Part shown: positions 49,751-62,100 of the stretch, one piece after another | How positions within the stretch are numbered: position 1 is the stretch's first letter | Layout of the letters: every line of letters starts with the position of its first letter | DNA from: Raillietiella orientalis | Lineage: Eukaryota | NCBI GenBank assembly: GCA_036172245.1 | Contig: JAYWIR010000010.1 | Span: 2,046,001-2,110,000, forward strand | Direction of reading: 5' to 3' | Length of the DNA: 64,000 bases | Position numbers and translations under genes: made by a program | The notes under the pieces: generated by a model | Database searches by the model: none | Seen by the model: the letters and a program-made list of their open reading frames with translations, nothing else | Told to the model about the DNA's origin: nothing

Positions 49751-51129
49751 AGGCTTTTCTTGCCGACGATCCCGGGAGTCGAATGCTGGACGCGCTTGAA
49801 CGAGACGGGACTGTTCGATCGGCGTCCTCCCCTGCCGCTGCTGCTGCACGGCGAAGGCGGTCGAACGGTTCTCCTCTCCCGTCTTCGCGGACTGAGAACG
49901 TCCGCTTCCCACCATCTTCCCAGTTACCGTGGCGGAATCCCTAGCGTATTCCTCCTACCGACTCTGTCCTCTCGTTTTTCGCTCCCCTCTTCGCCCCCTC
50001 CCCTCCCGTTCGAAGCGCGCGCTGCGTTCTGCGAATGCTCGCAGCCATTGCCGAGCCGAGGTGGCGGCGGTGGTGTGGTACTCGGAGCACTTGTTTATCC
50101 AGCTGACCTGCTGCTCAATTTTCATCGTCTCGCGCGCGTTACGAGTCGAGTGGGAGGGGGACGCCTCTTTCGCAGAAAAAAATTGGCCTGCGATCTCCCC
50201 CCCCCTCCCCCGCTCCCACATCCCTAATGTGCGCAGTCATCTCCCCGTTTTCCGTTCCGTTGCGGCGGCGGAGGCGGACTCGCTGCTGCCGCCGCTGCTG
50301 CTGCTCGGTTGCCTGCCGCTACCCTTCCCCGCGTTCCACCTCTCCTTTTTAATGGCTTGTTTTGCCGGGTTTGTTTATACGCGCGGAGGAGAGCGCTGCT
50401 GCTTGTGGTGAATCTTAATCAGAGCGCAGCTGATTTATTCGCCTCCAAGTCAGGTCACTGGGGACAGCAGCTTCGTCTGTCTCCGGGGAGCGCGAATGGC
50501 CCCGCGCACGGTGCAATCGATACTGTGCGCCTCCTCGCTGTTCCCGTGGATTCGCTCCGAGCGCGGTTTGCTTTCATCCGTGGAAAAGACGGGAGTGGCT
50601 GGGGCTTCAGGCAGCAGCACCGTGGGCAGGTAGTACCGCGGGCCGCGCCGAACCCATCCGAGCGCAGTCTGTCGCGGGCTGTCCGGTTGGTGTCTTCAGA
50701 ACGCGCGCGCTCGCCGGAAGTCTTCTTCCTCCCGCCTTCCCCCCCAAGGCCGGTCGGGACGAGACGGGTACGCTCGTTCTCGGAACGACCGTCTCCGGGG
50801 TCCCTCTCGCACTCTGGAGGGCGCACGCGCGCGCATGTTGGTTATCTCGGAACCTATGTGGAGCTCCCGTTCCCTGTTCGATCTCCTGGAAGCATACCCA
50901 CGTGCTGCCGGCGCCCAAGAGGAGGAGTCCCTCCAGAAAGGAGTTGGAATCGATGGACGGTTTCCTGTAAACGGCACCACAGGCAGCTTCGATCCTCCCC
51001 TTTCCTCTCTTTTCCTTTTTCGTTCTTGTTGGGCATCAGGCGGACATTTCTTCGCCGAGCTGCATCTGAAGAATTCCCGGAGAAATAAAGAAACTCGAGC
51101 CTATTGGGACGGCACCGCGTCGGCAGCCG

Positions 51130-51730
51130 TTTGGCTCAGGTCCCCGCCAAGCGTCGCGAGTTAGAATCTCACCCAGGGAGGGAGGGATCGACGCCGAGAG
51201 CGGGGGGCGCGTCGTGGTTTCGATTCCTCCCCCGCAGGACAACGCCGGTTGACCTCGGTTGGCTTCGAGTGTGGCACGGATGGAAGCCGGATTCCCCCGC
51301 TGACCGGCACGGATTGGAAGTCGACCCTACCGGATTTTTCCAGGAACCAAGGAGCCGGCTCCCTTCGAAGTTGCCCTCCGGTTGCGAAACTGGAGCCGTT
51401 CCCCACCCTCTGGAGGAACTCACCATCGCGTACTATGGACGTGGTTGATGGCACCCTAGGGCTTGGCTCTCCAGAATGTCAGAAGCGCGCTGCTTCCCTC
51501 AGGGAGCGTCCCTTCAGGATTCTTTCTCTTCATAGGAGGAAACAAGGAGGGAGGATCCTTCTGGAGGGAATAAGGAAGAGGTTCCCTTCGGGGCTCCCAA
51601 GCGTGAAAGGAACGGACTCCTTCCTGTGGAGTCTCTTTGGATCCACAGGGTGGTCCCCTTCGGGGTCCCCCCTATAACTTGAAGAGTTGCGCGCACCCTC
51701 GGGCTGTGTGGACGGCGTCGAAGGACTTTG
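51130..51730 (+). repeat. tRNA-headed repeat (copy 2)
   Basis: GCGAGTTAGAATCTCACCCAGGG...GGATCGACGCCGAGA...CCTCGGTTGGCTTCG...GGAACGGACTCCTTCCT...AACTTGAAGAG, matching the reverse complement of 25945-26585. Confidence 0.75.
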
Positions 51731-52479
51731 TATGCGGGTGAGGAAAAAGGGAACCTTCTTGGAAGGGCAGGACCAAGCTGAGAGACGCCTGCACCACCAT
51801 CCAGAGTGCCGAGAGAGGGCGGTTCGCTTCTCCATCTCCGAAGAAGAAGAAACCAAAAGCTCGCGGCGGGCTGCTGGTCGAGCTTCTCGCCGCAGGGGAA
51901 GTTCGAGGTCGGGGGTACTTGGGCCGCCGATGCGAGTCAAGAGGATTCGCGGAGCCGCCGCCGATGCGGAGCTTCCCGCCTCGGCAGAGCCGGCGATCTC
52001 TGCTGCTCCCCCTCCGTTCCCGCAACCTGGACGGGAACTCCCGCCGACTCTGGTGTCGGTTACTCGGCACGTCCCCGTCCCGTGTCCCGCGCGTCGGCGA
52101 ACTTCGGCGCTCAGATCCGTGGACGAGGGCATGATGGGTTCTTCACCCCAGGAGAGCCGCCGCAGCCGCCGCGAACGCTGGGCGGCGACGAAGGGGGGGG
52201 GGATAGGAGCGTGTGGGTCCTGTGGAGGGAGCGGCCATCAAGGAAGCCCGCGGTCGCCTGGGATGCGTGACGTTGTTGAGGGTGGCACTCACCTCCATCC
52301 GTCTCTTGCGCTTCTCGGGGTGCCCGAGGGCTCGAAGATTGGGGACGGCGCTGCGGCCCGGGCCGACGAGCACAAGGGAGCTGCGGCGTTTCCGGTTTGT
52401 CGCTGCACCTGCTGCTCCAACCGCTCCATCTTCGGTGGTGCGCCCAGCGAACGTCTCGCCCGCGTGGTCCGCGTTGGCG

Positions 52480-53200
52480 GCCGTGTGGCCTCGGTCGCCG
52501 CGCGTGGCACCAAGCATCACGGGTTCGAATCCCCAACGTGGAGGAGGATCGAACGGGGGGTGCCTCGTTGGTTTCGAGTGCCTCCCTCCTCCCCCCTTCC
52601 TGCAGGATGACGCTGGTTGACCTCGGGTGGCTTCGGGTGCGGCACTGGTTGATACCTGGTCACGCCGGGGCGTTTATTTATAAGAAATAAACATCTCATG
52701 TCTGTGGCAGAACATTTGATCCTGCCACGTTACTTATAACTACGTGGAGGAACCTACCGGGAACTGGCACGCAGGCCATCGAGGTTTGCCTCGGCAGCAC
52801 AGGGCAAGGAGAGAGAAACAAACAAAAATAAAACAAAAAACATACTGTCCAAAAATGGGGGCGTTCGGGAAAGGGATCACTGTGTGCTGGAGGGTGTCCT
52901 CTGCATCCTTGTAAGGATGCCGACAAGTTCCTGTTTTCAAGACTCCCAGATGGGACCATCTTGACACTGTCCTCATGAAGAGGGCAGCACAATAGATGGC
53001 GTCCCTGTCGTTCTGGCCTCCTCTGGCGTTGCTCCATGCAGCCACGATCCCGTGTAAGCAGCAAAGTGCTGCTGGGGGTGCGGCCCGCGGGAGGGCGTCG
53101 CTCAAGAAGAGGCACTGGTGGAAGCTGGAAACTCCCGTTGACTGGCCGAGATTGGGAGTCGACCTTTCGGGAATCCATCGCTCATCCCGTGCAGTCCGTG
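52480..53200 (+). repeat. tRNA-headed repeat (copy 3), split by a LINE B insertion
   Basis: GTGGCCTCGGTCGCCGCGCGTGGCACCAAGCATCACGGGTTCGAATCCCC. The body resumes after the TSD at 53111. Confidence 0.75.
52650..53110 (-). mobile_element. LINE subfamily B, short 3' copy with TSD GGCACTGGT, inserted in the tRNA-headed repeat
   Basis: AALCCLHGIVAAWSNARGG...RWSHL. 3' end AATAAACGCCCCGGCGTGACCAGG (52655-52678). GGCACTGGT at 52641-52649 and 53111-53119. Confidence 0.88.
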
Positions 53201-56200
53201 CACGCGCGAGATCCCGAGTCACCACAGGGTCTCGTGGCTTTTCCAGGATCCTCTCCCGCTTTGTTTGTCTTCCTTCCTCTGCTGCGTCTCCGCGAACGCT
53301 GCCACCCGTCTTCCGCTGGGACGGCAAGCGTCGAGGTTGGCGATTCGATTCTTCTTCTGAGATGACCCCTGGTCAGGCACGAGCGCGATTCCCGTGACTC
53401 TAGCAGGGTGCTTTTCCGCGCAAGGAGCGGATCCGCGACCGCTTTTCGATCCGGGGCCGCAGCCTAAGGATGGCAGGGCCCGTAGTAAGGAAGAACAGCG
53501 GAGAAGGTTTGCCCGGCCTCTGATGGGGTAGCAGCGGGTGGTCCCCCGTCCTAGCGGGGGCTGAAACGGAGGCAGGACCGCGTGCGAAAGGGAGGGGCAG
53601 CCAGACGCGAACGGCGGACGAGGAGCGGCTGCGTCTTTCGCGGCGCGCCGAACAAAATGGCGACCGGTCTCTCCGCAGCAGTTTCGAGGCTCTCGCATCA
53701 GCGTTCCCAGAGAAGGCTCCCAGAGATCCCACCAAAGCCGCTGGTTCTCTGGCAAGGTGCAACACGCGGAGGAGGACCGGCAGGTGGTCGCGTGAGATGG
53801 GCGATGGACACCAGCGGCACGGGGCAACCCTTCCTGGATTTTGCACCGCTGCCGGCGGCTCCCACCGTACTCCAGCCAAAAAAAGGGAAACGGGAAAAAA
53901 AGGCCCGTCCAAGAGTTCAAGGCAGGCAAAAGAGGTATTCGGGATCGTTCCAGGTGGCGAAAGAGAGGACGAAAAGGATCTTCGATCGAGGTCACGAAAG
54001 AAGGATGGAAAGGGTCCATGTGAGAGCGGATCCTGACTTCCAGGGAGTTGTAGGGCCCGCGGACGATGCCATCGCCACCTATCGGCGCGCAGCTGGTCCC
54101 ACAAGGCCAGTCCTTGGGCGGCTGCGAGAGAAAACCACTGCACGCGCGAAGAGCCCAGCGCGAGAAATCCCCGGGCCCTCGTGGCCTCCAATTCCTAGGG
54201 GGAAAGCTCGTCGACCGTCGTCAGGTGACCGGGGGAACGCACCTCTTAAGGGCGGAGGCTGGAGACGCGTCTGGCCAAGCGGCATCCGAAGGGAAGACTT
54301 TCTTTTACGCGCCGATTCCCACGTCGTAGGCGCCCCCGACAGACCTACGGGATAGCCGGGGACCTCTCAGGAGACCGGACAAAGGATTCCAGATTTTCGT
54401 CGGTTCCTGGATGGGATCGCCCAAGGGGTGAGGGATCGCAGAAGGGGTAAAGGTGGGGCGCGGGAGGCGGGCGCGATCCCGCCTTGTGCTACGGCGTAGC
54501 AGCTTCGAGCGCCCTCTGCTAGGAGGCGGGGGTTGCGATGCTGCCTTATCGAAGAGCCCTCCTGCACCCCGACTGCCTCCCTCCCCCTCCCTTTCGCTTC
54601 GTGTGCTCTCTGAGGCACGATTGGACCGCGCGCATCCGCAACCACGGGTCGCCCTCCGGCCAGCTGCCCTTTCAGGCTCGCTGCGGTGGCATCTCGGCGT
54701 TGTTTTTCGCCCCTTTGCATGGGGAGGAGTGTGCGCGCGCGATAGTTGCGATGACTGCGCGCTTTCCTTCCTCCGCGATGGCGCTCGCAGCAGGAGCGGA
54801 GCGCGCGAGGGGGAAGGGAGGGAGGCGACTGGGGCTGAGGTTGGCAGGCGCGGGTCTTCGGCGAACGGTTGTCTCCTCGCGCGCCGCGTGCACCAACACC
54901 GCGCTGCGGACCGAAGGGGGCCGGAAACGGAAAAAATCAATGAAGGGCACCTCCGACCCTCTCCCCGATTAGCGACGCGCATCTACCGCCACCATCCGAA
55001 GAAGGAACTCGGTTTCGTTTCCAAGGAGAGCATTCGGTGATCTCCCGCTGTCACCCGCCTCCTCTCTTCCTCCTCCTCCCTCCCTTCTCCTTTGCACAGG
55101 TTTCTTTCCTGGTCTTCCTATCAACCCCTCGCCCACCTCCTGGTGCCGCTGTTCGGGTGCCCGGCGGGAAGGCAGGTCAGGAACCTTGCTCGCCCCAGGG
55201 CATTCCGGAAGATGCTCCGCACTTGTTTCCTTCCTTGCTCCCGCCTCCCTCCTTGCCAACGGATTCACTTCCAAGGGGCGACGGCGAAGCTGCCGGACGG
55301 CCCGGGACAGAAGCCGCCTCCAGGGGTGCTTGATGCAACGTGGTTTCGATCCCGTCTTGCGCCCACCGAGGGTGGCAGCGCTCAACCGCCGCACTGCTGC
55401 TCCTCCTGGAAGGAAGAAGGTCGTCGGGCGACATTGGGCGTTCGAGTTCTCGGGAAACCGTCGGGGGAAATTCTTCCCAAAGAGATCCGAGCTTTCAGAC
55501 CCTTTTCCCGGAAGCCCTTCCCGTCCTCCTCGGGAGAGGAGCTCTGAATGATCTCGGGGACAAAGAGGGCAGGGAGATCCTACGCTGGCGGCTTCCGACC
55601 ACGGGGCTTCCCTCTGTACGCGGTCGCTCCCGCGTCCCGAGTGCCCGTGGTGGCGGGACGAGGCAGGCGAAGTTCGACCGACGGAGACCTGTCCACAGTA
55701 CCATCTCGCCTCATGGCAGGTCCGGCGTCCGGCCGGGAAGCGTGCTGTAGGGCCAGGGATGGATGGGGGAGGAAAAGGGCGGGCAGTCTTCGATGTGTAC
55801 CCCGTTCTCTCCTTTCCCCCTCCTCCACTTCCTCCCTCCCTCTTTCATCCGCTACGCGCGCGTCTGCCTGTCAGTTCACACAGGCGAGGAGGCGCCTCCC
55901 TGCCGAGCGTCGACCACCTCCCCTCGTTCCTGTTTGCGTCCCGAGAGCGCCACTTCCCGCCTCCCCGATGGACTCTCACTATCCCCAGTATGGCTCGGAA
56001 GTCGGGGTAAAAGGAAATAGCCAGACTCCATGGTGGAGGCCTTCTTGGAAGGACCCTTCGGCTTTGGTCCCTCTCCCCACAGGTCACCACTCGCCTCTTC
56101 CCCCATTCTTCCGATCTCCGTCCCGGGACTGCCCAGACCCCGGGGGCAGTCGGGAACGAAGTCTCGCATGCGAAGTGGAGGCGAGAGACTTCCTGCGAGG

Positions 56201-56700
56201 TCCCCCATCCTGGAGACGAGTCTTTGGCGGCCTCGCGCCCGCTGTCCTGGATCGCATGCTTACCGGAAGGAGGGAGAACGTCCCCTTCTGCGTGGCCCGC
56301 CCGTCCTGCGCCTTGGAGGATCTCGGACGCCCCCTCCGCCTTTCTTGGAGAGGAAGAGCCGGAAGCAAGGAGTTTGGGGGGAGGAGAACCGAGGTGGAAG
56401 TCGGAAGGTCGAAGCCGCGGGAGTGACCACGTCCTTCCGGTCCAGGCGCTTCCATCCCCTCGCGCGCGGCGCGACCTGCTGCGCGCTCCGGCAGCCTCGG
56501 CGATCCCGGCTACCCAGCTCCTCACTGACTGTGGTGCGCATCCTGGCCCGCCAGTCCACCTAGTTGGGACTCTCGTTCCCTGCAGCCCATCGCGAGGACG
56601 GAAGCACTCGGGAAGTGCTCTGTTGGGAGGTTGGGACGGGAGGTACCCCGAGTGTGGCGAACGGCTCCGACCTGCTCTTTCCCCTCTCAAAAGGTCGGTT
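53200..56700 (+). mobile_element. Decayed LINE ORF2 (linker plus RT)
   Basis: In order: FQVAKERTKRIF, SFPRRAFGDL (KAFD-like, about 55020), QGIPEDAPHLFP (QG.PLSP-like, about 55200), TLGVRV (YLGV-like, about 55435). Confidence 0.5.
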
Positions 56701-58047
56701 GCTCCCGAGTAGCAACCCGGAATGGTAGCAGCAGCAGCACGTCCCGCTCGCCTCCGTCCTCCGCCTTGTCCCTTGTCCACCACGTCCATCCGTCCCTTGG
56801 CGCTCCCCCGACCGCCACACGTGGGGACCGCAAGCCCAGCTTCCTCCGTGCGAAACGTTGCGGACGCGCGCGCGCTGCCGTGCGGATGGAGAGCGGACTT
56901 TCGCTCGGGAAGGGAAAGCAGCGCCCACGGTGGGATGCGTCTCCCACTGGGAGGCACCCTTGGGTCTCTCCCGGTTTGGCGGATCCGCTGCTGCTTTCGC
57001 CAAGACCCTCGTACGTCAGGATGGTGCTGTTAGACATCGAGAAGGGGAAAACAGCAGGGAGGGGAGCAGGAGGAGGAGGAGGAGGAGGAGGAGGAGATGG
57101 GAAGGAACTCCGGAAGCCTCGCGCTCGAGTTTCTTTTTGTTCCCGGTTGCGAGCCCCGTTTGGTCGCAACGGAAGTTTCCTCCCCTCCTGATGCGACGAG
57201 TCAATGCACGTGGAGGAAGACGAACCTTGTCCCAGAAGCAAAAGCGCTGCCTCTGCAGAGACGAAAAACTCGGTAATTATTCTGCGCCCGCGACGGTTCC
57301 CGACGGCGGCATCCTACTGCTATCCTCTTCGGCTGGAATCGTTAGTGCAAAGGGGAGGAAAGAAAGGGGGGGGGGGGGGAAGACGAACTCCTCGGAGCTT
57401 CCTGTCTGTCGCGTCGCTCCGCACGCGCGCACGTGCTAGCGCGTTTTCGCATCCATGCCAAAACAGACAGCTGCAGTCCTCTGTGACGTCACGGCGTCAC
57501 TCTAATGTCCGATGCCGATAGATGGCTGCGATCCGCATCAAAGGCGTTCCCGTCTCGCACATTTCATCTCATTGACGCCTTCGGTGACGCGACGGTACGC
57601 GCTTTTTTCCCTTCCCCAGGAGCAACTCGAGCTGAAAACATTGCTCCGAAGCATACTTCTTGCCTCGATCCCAAGATTTATGGCATCTTGCTACACTTCT
57701 TGCCTCCTCCTCCCTTCGACGGCACGAAGGAACCGCGCACCGGCTGCAGTCCCTGTGAAGCTGACTACGCGAGGCGCACGAATGTCCACTCAGGAGGGCA
57801 CTCCTCCCTCCCTCCCTCCCCCTTTTTTTTTTCATGTGTGTGTGTGTGTTTCCCCCTCTACCCCTGTCGTCGTGTCTTGCAGGCAAGGCGTCCGCACCCG
57901 GAGGCAAGCTCTCCCGGAGGAGGGGGCTTTGATGGAGGGAGTCCCGACGACTCGTGCTCACGAGTGCGCGCGAAATCAAAGAAGAAGGCTGCGGGCAAAG
58001 AAAGGCCTTCCTCCCGGACCGGGATTTCAACAGTGAACCGAAAGCAC

Positions 58048-58169
58048 CCACGCAACAGAGAAAAACGGCAACAATGAAACGGAAGCAACCACGCAACAGA
58101 GAAAAACGGCAACAATGAAACGGAAGCAACCACGCAACAGAGAAAAACGGCAACAATGAAACGGAAGCA
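58048..58169. repeat. 41-bp minisatellite, 3 copies
   Basis: CCACGCAACAGAGAAAAACGGCAACAATGAAACGGAAGCAA starts at 58048, 58089 and 58130 (last copy one base short). Confidence 0.97.
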
Positions 58170-59199
58170 GCAACACCAGGGCGCGGGCGGCCAAAGAAAA
58201 CAGTCTTTGTTTGTCCTCGTTGCCCGAGAGCTCGCTCGGCCAGCGTGACAGACGTGCCGGTCGAGGGGGAGCGAGGGAGGGAGGGGGGGGGGGCAGAAAA
58301 GGGGGGAAAAAAGGAAAAAAAAAAAGGAAGCAACCCCATCTTCCGAAACTTCGGCGATCACTCATGTGGAACAAACACGGCTGTGGGTTGCTCGCCGGCA
58401 AACGGCTCCCCAATCTTCCAGGTTCGCGACTCGCAAGGGCGCTCGGGAGCGGCTTTTCCGAGCTCCCGGGATTACGTCCCGGAAAGTCTGCCTCCCGAAC
58501 GTGCGCTGGCACATGCCACTTGGGGTACCGGGTCTAATAAATCAGCAGTGGGAACGTTCGATTCACAAGCGGAGCAATCATTATCTTTTTATAACATCAA
58601 GGTCAGATCGTGAAGGCTGCAGTTGAATGTTCGAGGTCAATGCTAGCTGGGGTGCGTGCAGCAACAATGGGGGAGAGATCGACGCCAAGCCCCTGGGGGC
58701 GACAGACGCCCCTGTCCCCCTGCCAGGGGGAACGCACGCCAGAGGCCTCTCCTCCCTTCTCCGCGCGCGCGTCGTCCCTGAAGACGCGTGCGAACTCCTC
58801 CCGCGTGCGTTCGTTCGGCTTGGGACCGCGTGGTCCTCGGCAGCAAAAGCGCCTCCGCACATTAATACGGGGAGATGGCGTCATCGGCGATCGGTTCTAA
58901 TAAGAACTCGGCCCTGCACGCCAAACAGGGCGTGCTGCACAGCAGCCACCGGATACGCTCGCGAGCGCTTTTTGCGTGCGTTCCTTTTTTTTTTTTTTCT
59001 TTTTCCGCTCGTGGTTCCCGCGCCATTCTCTGCGTGGTCGTTTATTTATATAACATGGTGCTTCCCTGCCCTTGGGAAAAGAGCAAACGCCAAAGCGTCC
59101 GCAAGGACGCGCATCGGCGGGGGGGGAAGACTCGGTTCGGACGACCGTATCCGTGGAAACGCATGACGTCGGCACGTTTGTTTCCCTCGCTCCGGCCGA

Positions 59200-62100
59200 T
59201 CGTCGATGCGGTTTTTCCATCGATGTGCGGCAGGAGCAGCGAGGCGCTGGCGATGGTGGCACTCCCGCGCACGCCAGGGCCCAGGGGGGAGCGCGTCACG
59301 CGTAACAAAGCGCGTAATGCGGGCATGCGAGGTCACGCGTCTCCGGCTCGCCCACCCTGCTGGTGCGCTTCCGAGACGAAAAAGGGGATCCACGCGTGGA
59401 ACACTGCGGCGGAGGAAAAGGGTCGCGGGGCGGCTCTGGCTGCACTCCGTAGGCACCGGAAGGCCCTCTCGCGTAGGCGGGTCCCTGTCCTCGGGCACAG
59501 CGCGAGCCTCGCCGTTGTCCATCTTCAGCTGAGAGCTTCACCCCTCCCACACACAGACACATCCGTGTCCCTCCTCGAGGGAGACTGGAGGGCGGCTGCG
59601 CCGTTGCGGAGTGCAACCACCACCGTCTCGTCGTCTCTTGTGGCGCGCGCGCTTCGTTGCTGGCACGACGGGGCGCCGGCGCCCCGATCCACAGTCTGCA
59701 GGTCGCTTCCTCCGTAGGGGCGAAAGGGATGCCCTCCACCCTAACCGCCCTGCGGATAGGCTCTCCCTCTATGGACGCATCCCACAAGCTTCAGACCTCG
59801 GAAGAGTCGCGGCAGGGCTCCAGCCCGTGTGTGTGCAGTTGTCCTTCTTTTGGTTTCTCGGGAATATAGCGGCACTTGAGCTGAGGGCTGCAGGTCCCTA
59901 GTTTCTCTTCTCCTCACCAGAGGGGGGGGGGGAGAAAGCGGGGCCGACCAAGGGAACGGAGATGCCTTCTCCCGTCCGCTCTTACCCCCTCCAGCAGACT
60001 GCGTCGCCGTCACGAGGTCACTGAGACAACTCGGAAGGAGGCGGATGGGAGGAGGCAGTCCACCGGCGAGCTGCGGAGATGAACAATAGGAGTTGACCAC
60101 CTTCTGCGGACGATAATCAACTCTGCCCGAGGCAGTCCGCGTGTGGACGAGTGTAGAGATCTCTCACACGGTCGGCGATGCTGTGGGTCCGGCAAGATGC
60201 CCTGAGGCTCTTAGACATCTTCCAAGTCACTCCGGGACCAGGACATCGCAGCGGGAGGAGAGGCAAGGTTCGCTGGATCGTCTGGCAACGCAAGCGCAGC
60301 TTCCTCCGCCGAGATAACAGATCGCATCCGCTGCGGGCGCGGGCTTCCCAGGCGATGCATAGAGCTTCCCCGCCGCGAGAAGGCGGAAGGGAGCGAGAGG
60401 AGGCACGGGGCAAGACTCGGCCTTGGTCTCGGGTGGGTGAGGTTTGGGACTGGGGTAAGCGAGTCTCCTCCCCCCCCCCCCCCCCAGAGAGTTCCGGAAG
60501 AGACTGTGAGCGTTTCCCTCGGGAAGGCGCGCGCGCGCCGGCTTCCCGGGCAGGGTGCGGTCCGATCGATCGCCGCCGCTCTCCTTCCCCCCTCCCCCTC
60601 CCTTCAGGTTGGCTGGGTGGAACTGGCGTCGCAGTTGTGGCGTCAGGCAGGGAGATGGAGGCGCTCCTAGCGGCGGAGTCGGGAAGCGAGCGCGCCGCCT
60701 CCTACCGGCGGGTGCGTGAGCGACTGACCGGAGACGGCCGCTGCGGGCGATAGGGTGGGTGCGGTACGACCTTGCCTTCCCGGGCCGCGGAGGAGAGCGC
60801 CGAGTTGCTCCCCCTTGCGGAGGGCGCGCAGGTGAGGAAACGGAGGATCGCGGCGAGCGTTCCCGCCTCGCGACGATGGCGCCGCCGCCGGACGGACGGA
60901 CGCACCGCGCCCGCCGTCTCGCAGCCATCGATCCGGCGGGGCGGCCTCGCCCGTGACGTCGTCGCCGCCGCCGTCGCGAGCGTTTCCTCATTCGAGCGGC
61001 GGCGGTCTCCCGGCGCGCGCGCGCGTCCCCTCCCTTTGTCTGGGGCTCCTCTCCCTTTCTCTCCCTCCTTGCCTCTCCCCCCCCCTTCCGTTCTCCTCCT
61101 CTCCCTCCTTTTTTATCGCTTCTTGCGGCGGCGGTTTCGTCCTGAGCGGGTCGGGGGGTTTGCAGGGGGGCGGCACCCCTCGGTAGGGAGCACCGCGGGA
61201 CGTTCCCAGTCGAGGTCCCCCTGAACGTCGCCTTCGTTGGAGCATCCCATGGGAGGCGTGGGCACTGCCTGCCGGGGGCATGCAGGGCACCGTGCGCGAC
61301 ACCCCAGCAGGAGCGCGACTGCCGCCTCCGCTGCCGGGACGCGCCTCGACGACGACTCTGATCCTCAGGCGAAGGTTATCCACTCGTGGATCACGTGCGC
61401 TCTGTTGCCTGGGCGACTCGTCCGCAGCGAAGTCCGGAGCCAGGATCCCCTCGAGGCTCCGCGGTGAAAGGGCGTAGGCGGGGAGGGTTTGCCGCTGCCT
61501 CCCTTTCCCAAGGCGTGCCCTTCCCGCCTCTCCCCAGCCGCTCCGAAGACGAGCGACCCTGCTTCGGGCGCCGCAGCACTCGATTGGCGTCCTCGGCGCG
61601 CTCGCAGTTGCATCCACCCTGCAGTTGCACCGTCGCCTCGACGAGCGTCCGCCACTGCTGCTGCTGCATGGTGCAGAGACGCTTCTCTTTGCCTCCCACC
61701 AACCTGCCTTCGGTCTGCTCTCTCGAAGATATCCCGCGGCCATCCTGCATGTGGAGCCCCCCTCCCTCCGCCGAGGGAAGATCTGGCTGCCACCAGGGCA
61801 GCTCTACCCCGAGGTCGAGGGAGGGAGCAGTCCTTCTGGCCGTCCCTACTTGGAGGTGCCGGCGCTGCTCAAGGACGCTGGCAGCTTTCCCGGAGGAGCC
61901 CGCGCGCGGCACCTCCCGAAGCTTCGGCGAGATGGCGCGGCTGCCAACCTCGCCCGCTCTTCCCGCCTCCTCGTAGGCCCGCCCGGTAGAGAGAAGACAA
62001 CGCCACGTGACCCACCACGCCCGCCGGTATCTGCCGTGGAGATGTGGTCGTGAGGTGGCCACTCCTCGGGGCTGTCGCTGGGAAACGGGTGGAGGGGAGC

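Noticed and set aside
58048..58169. CRISPR-like array
   Set aside because: Units are directly adjacent with no unique spacers; eukaryotic context and no cas genes.
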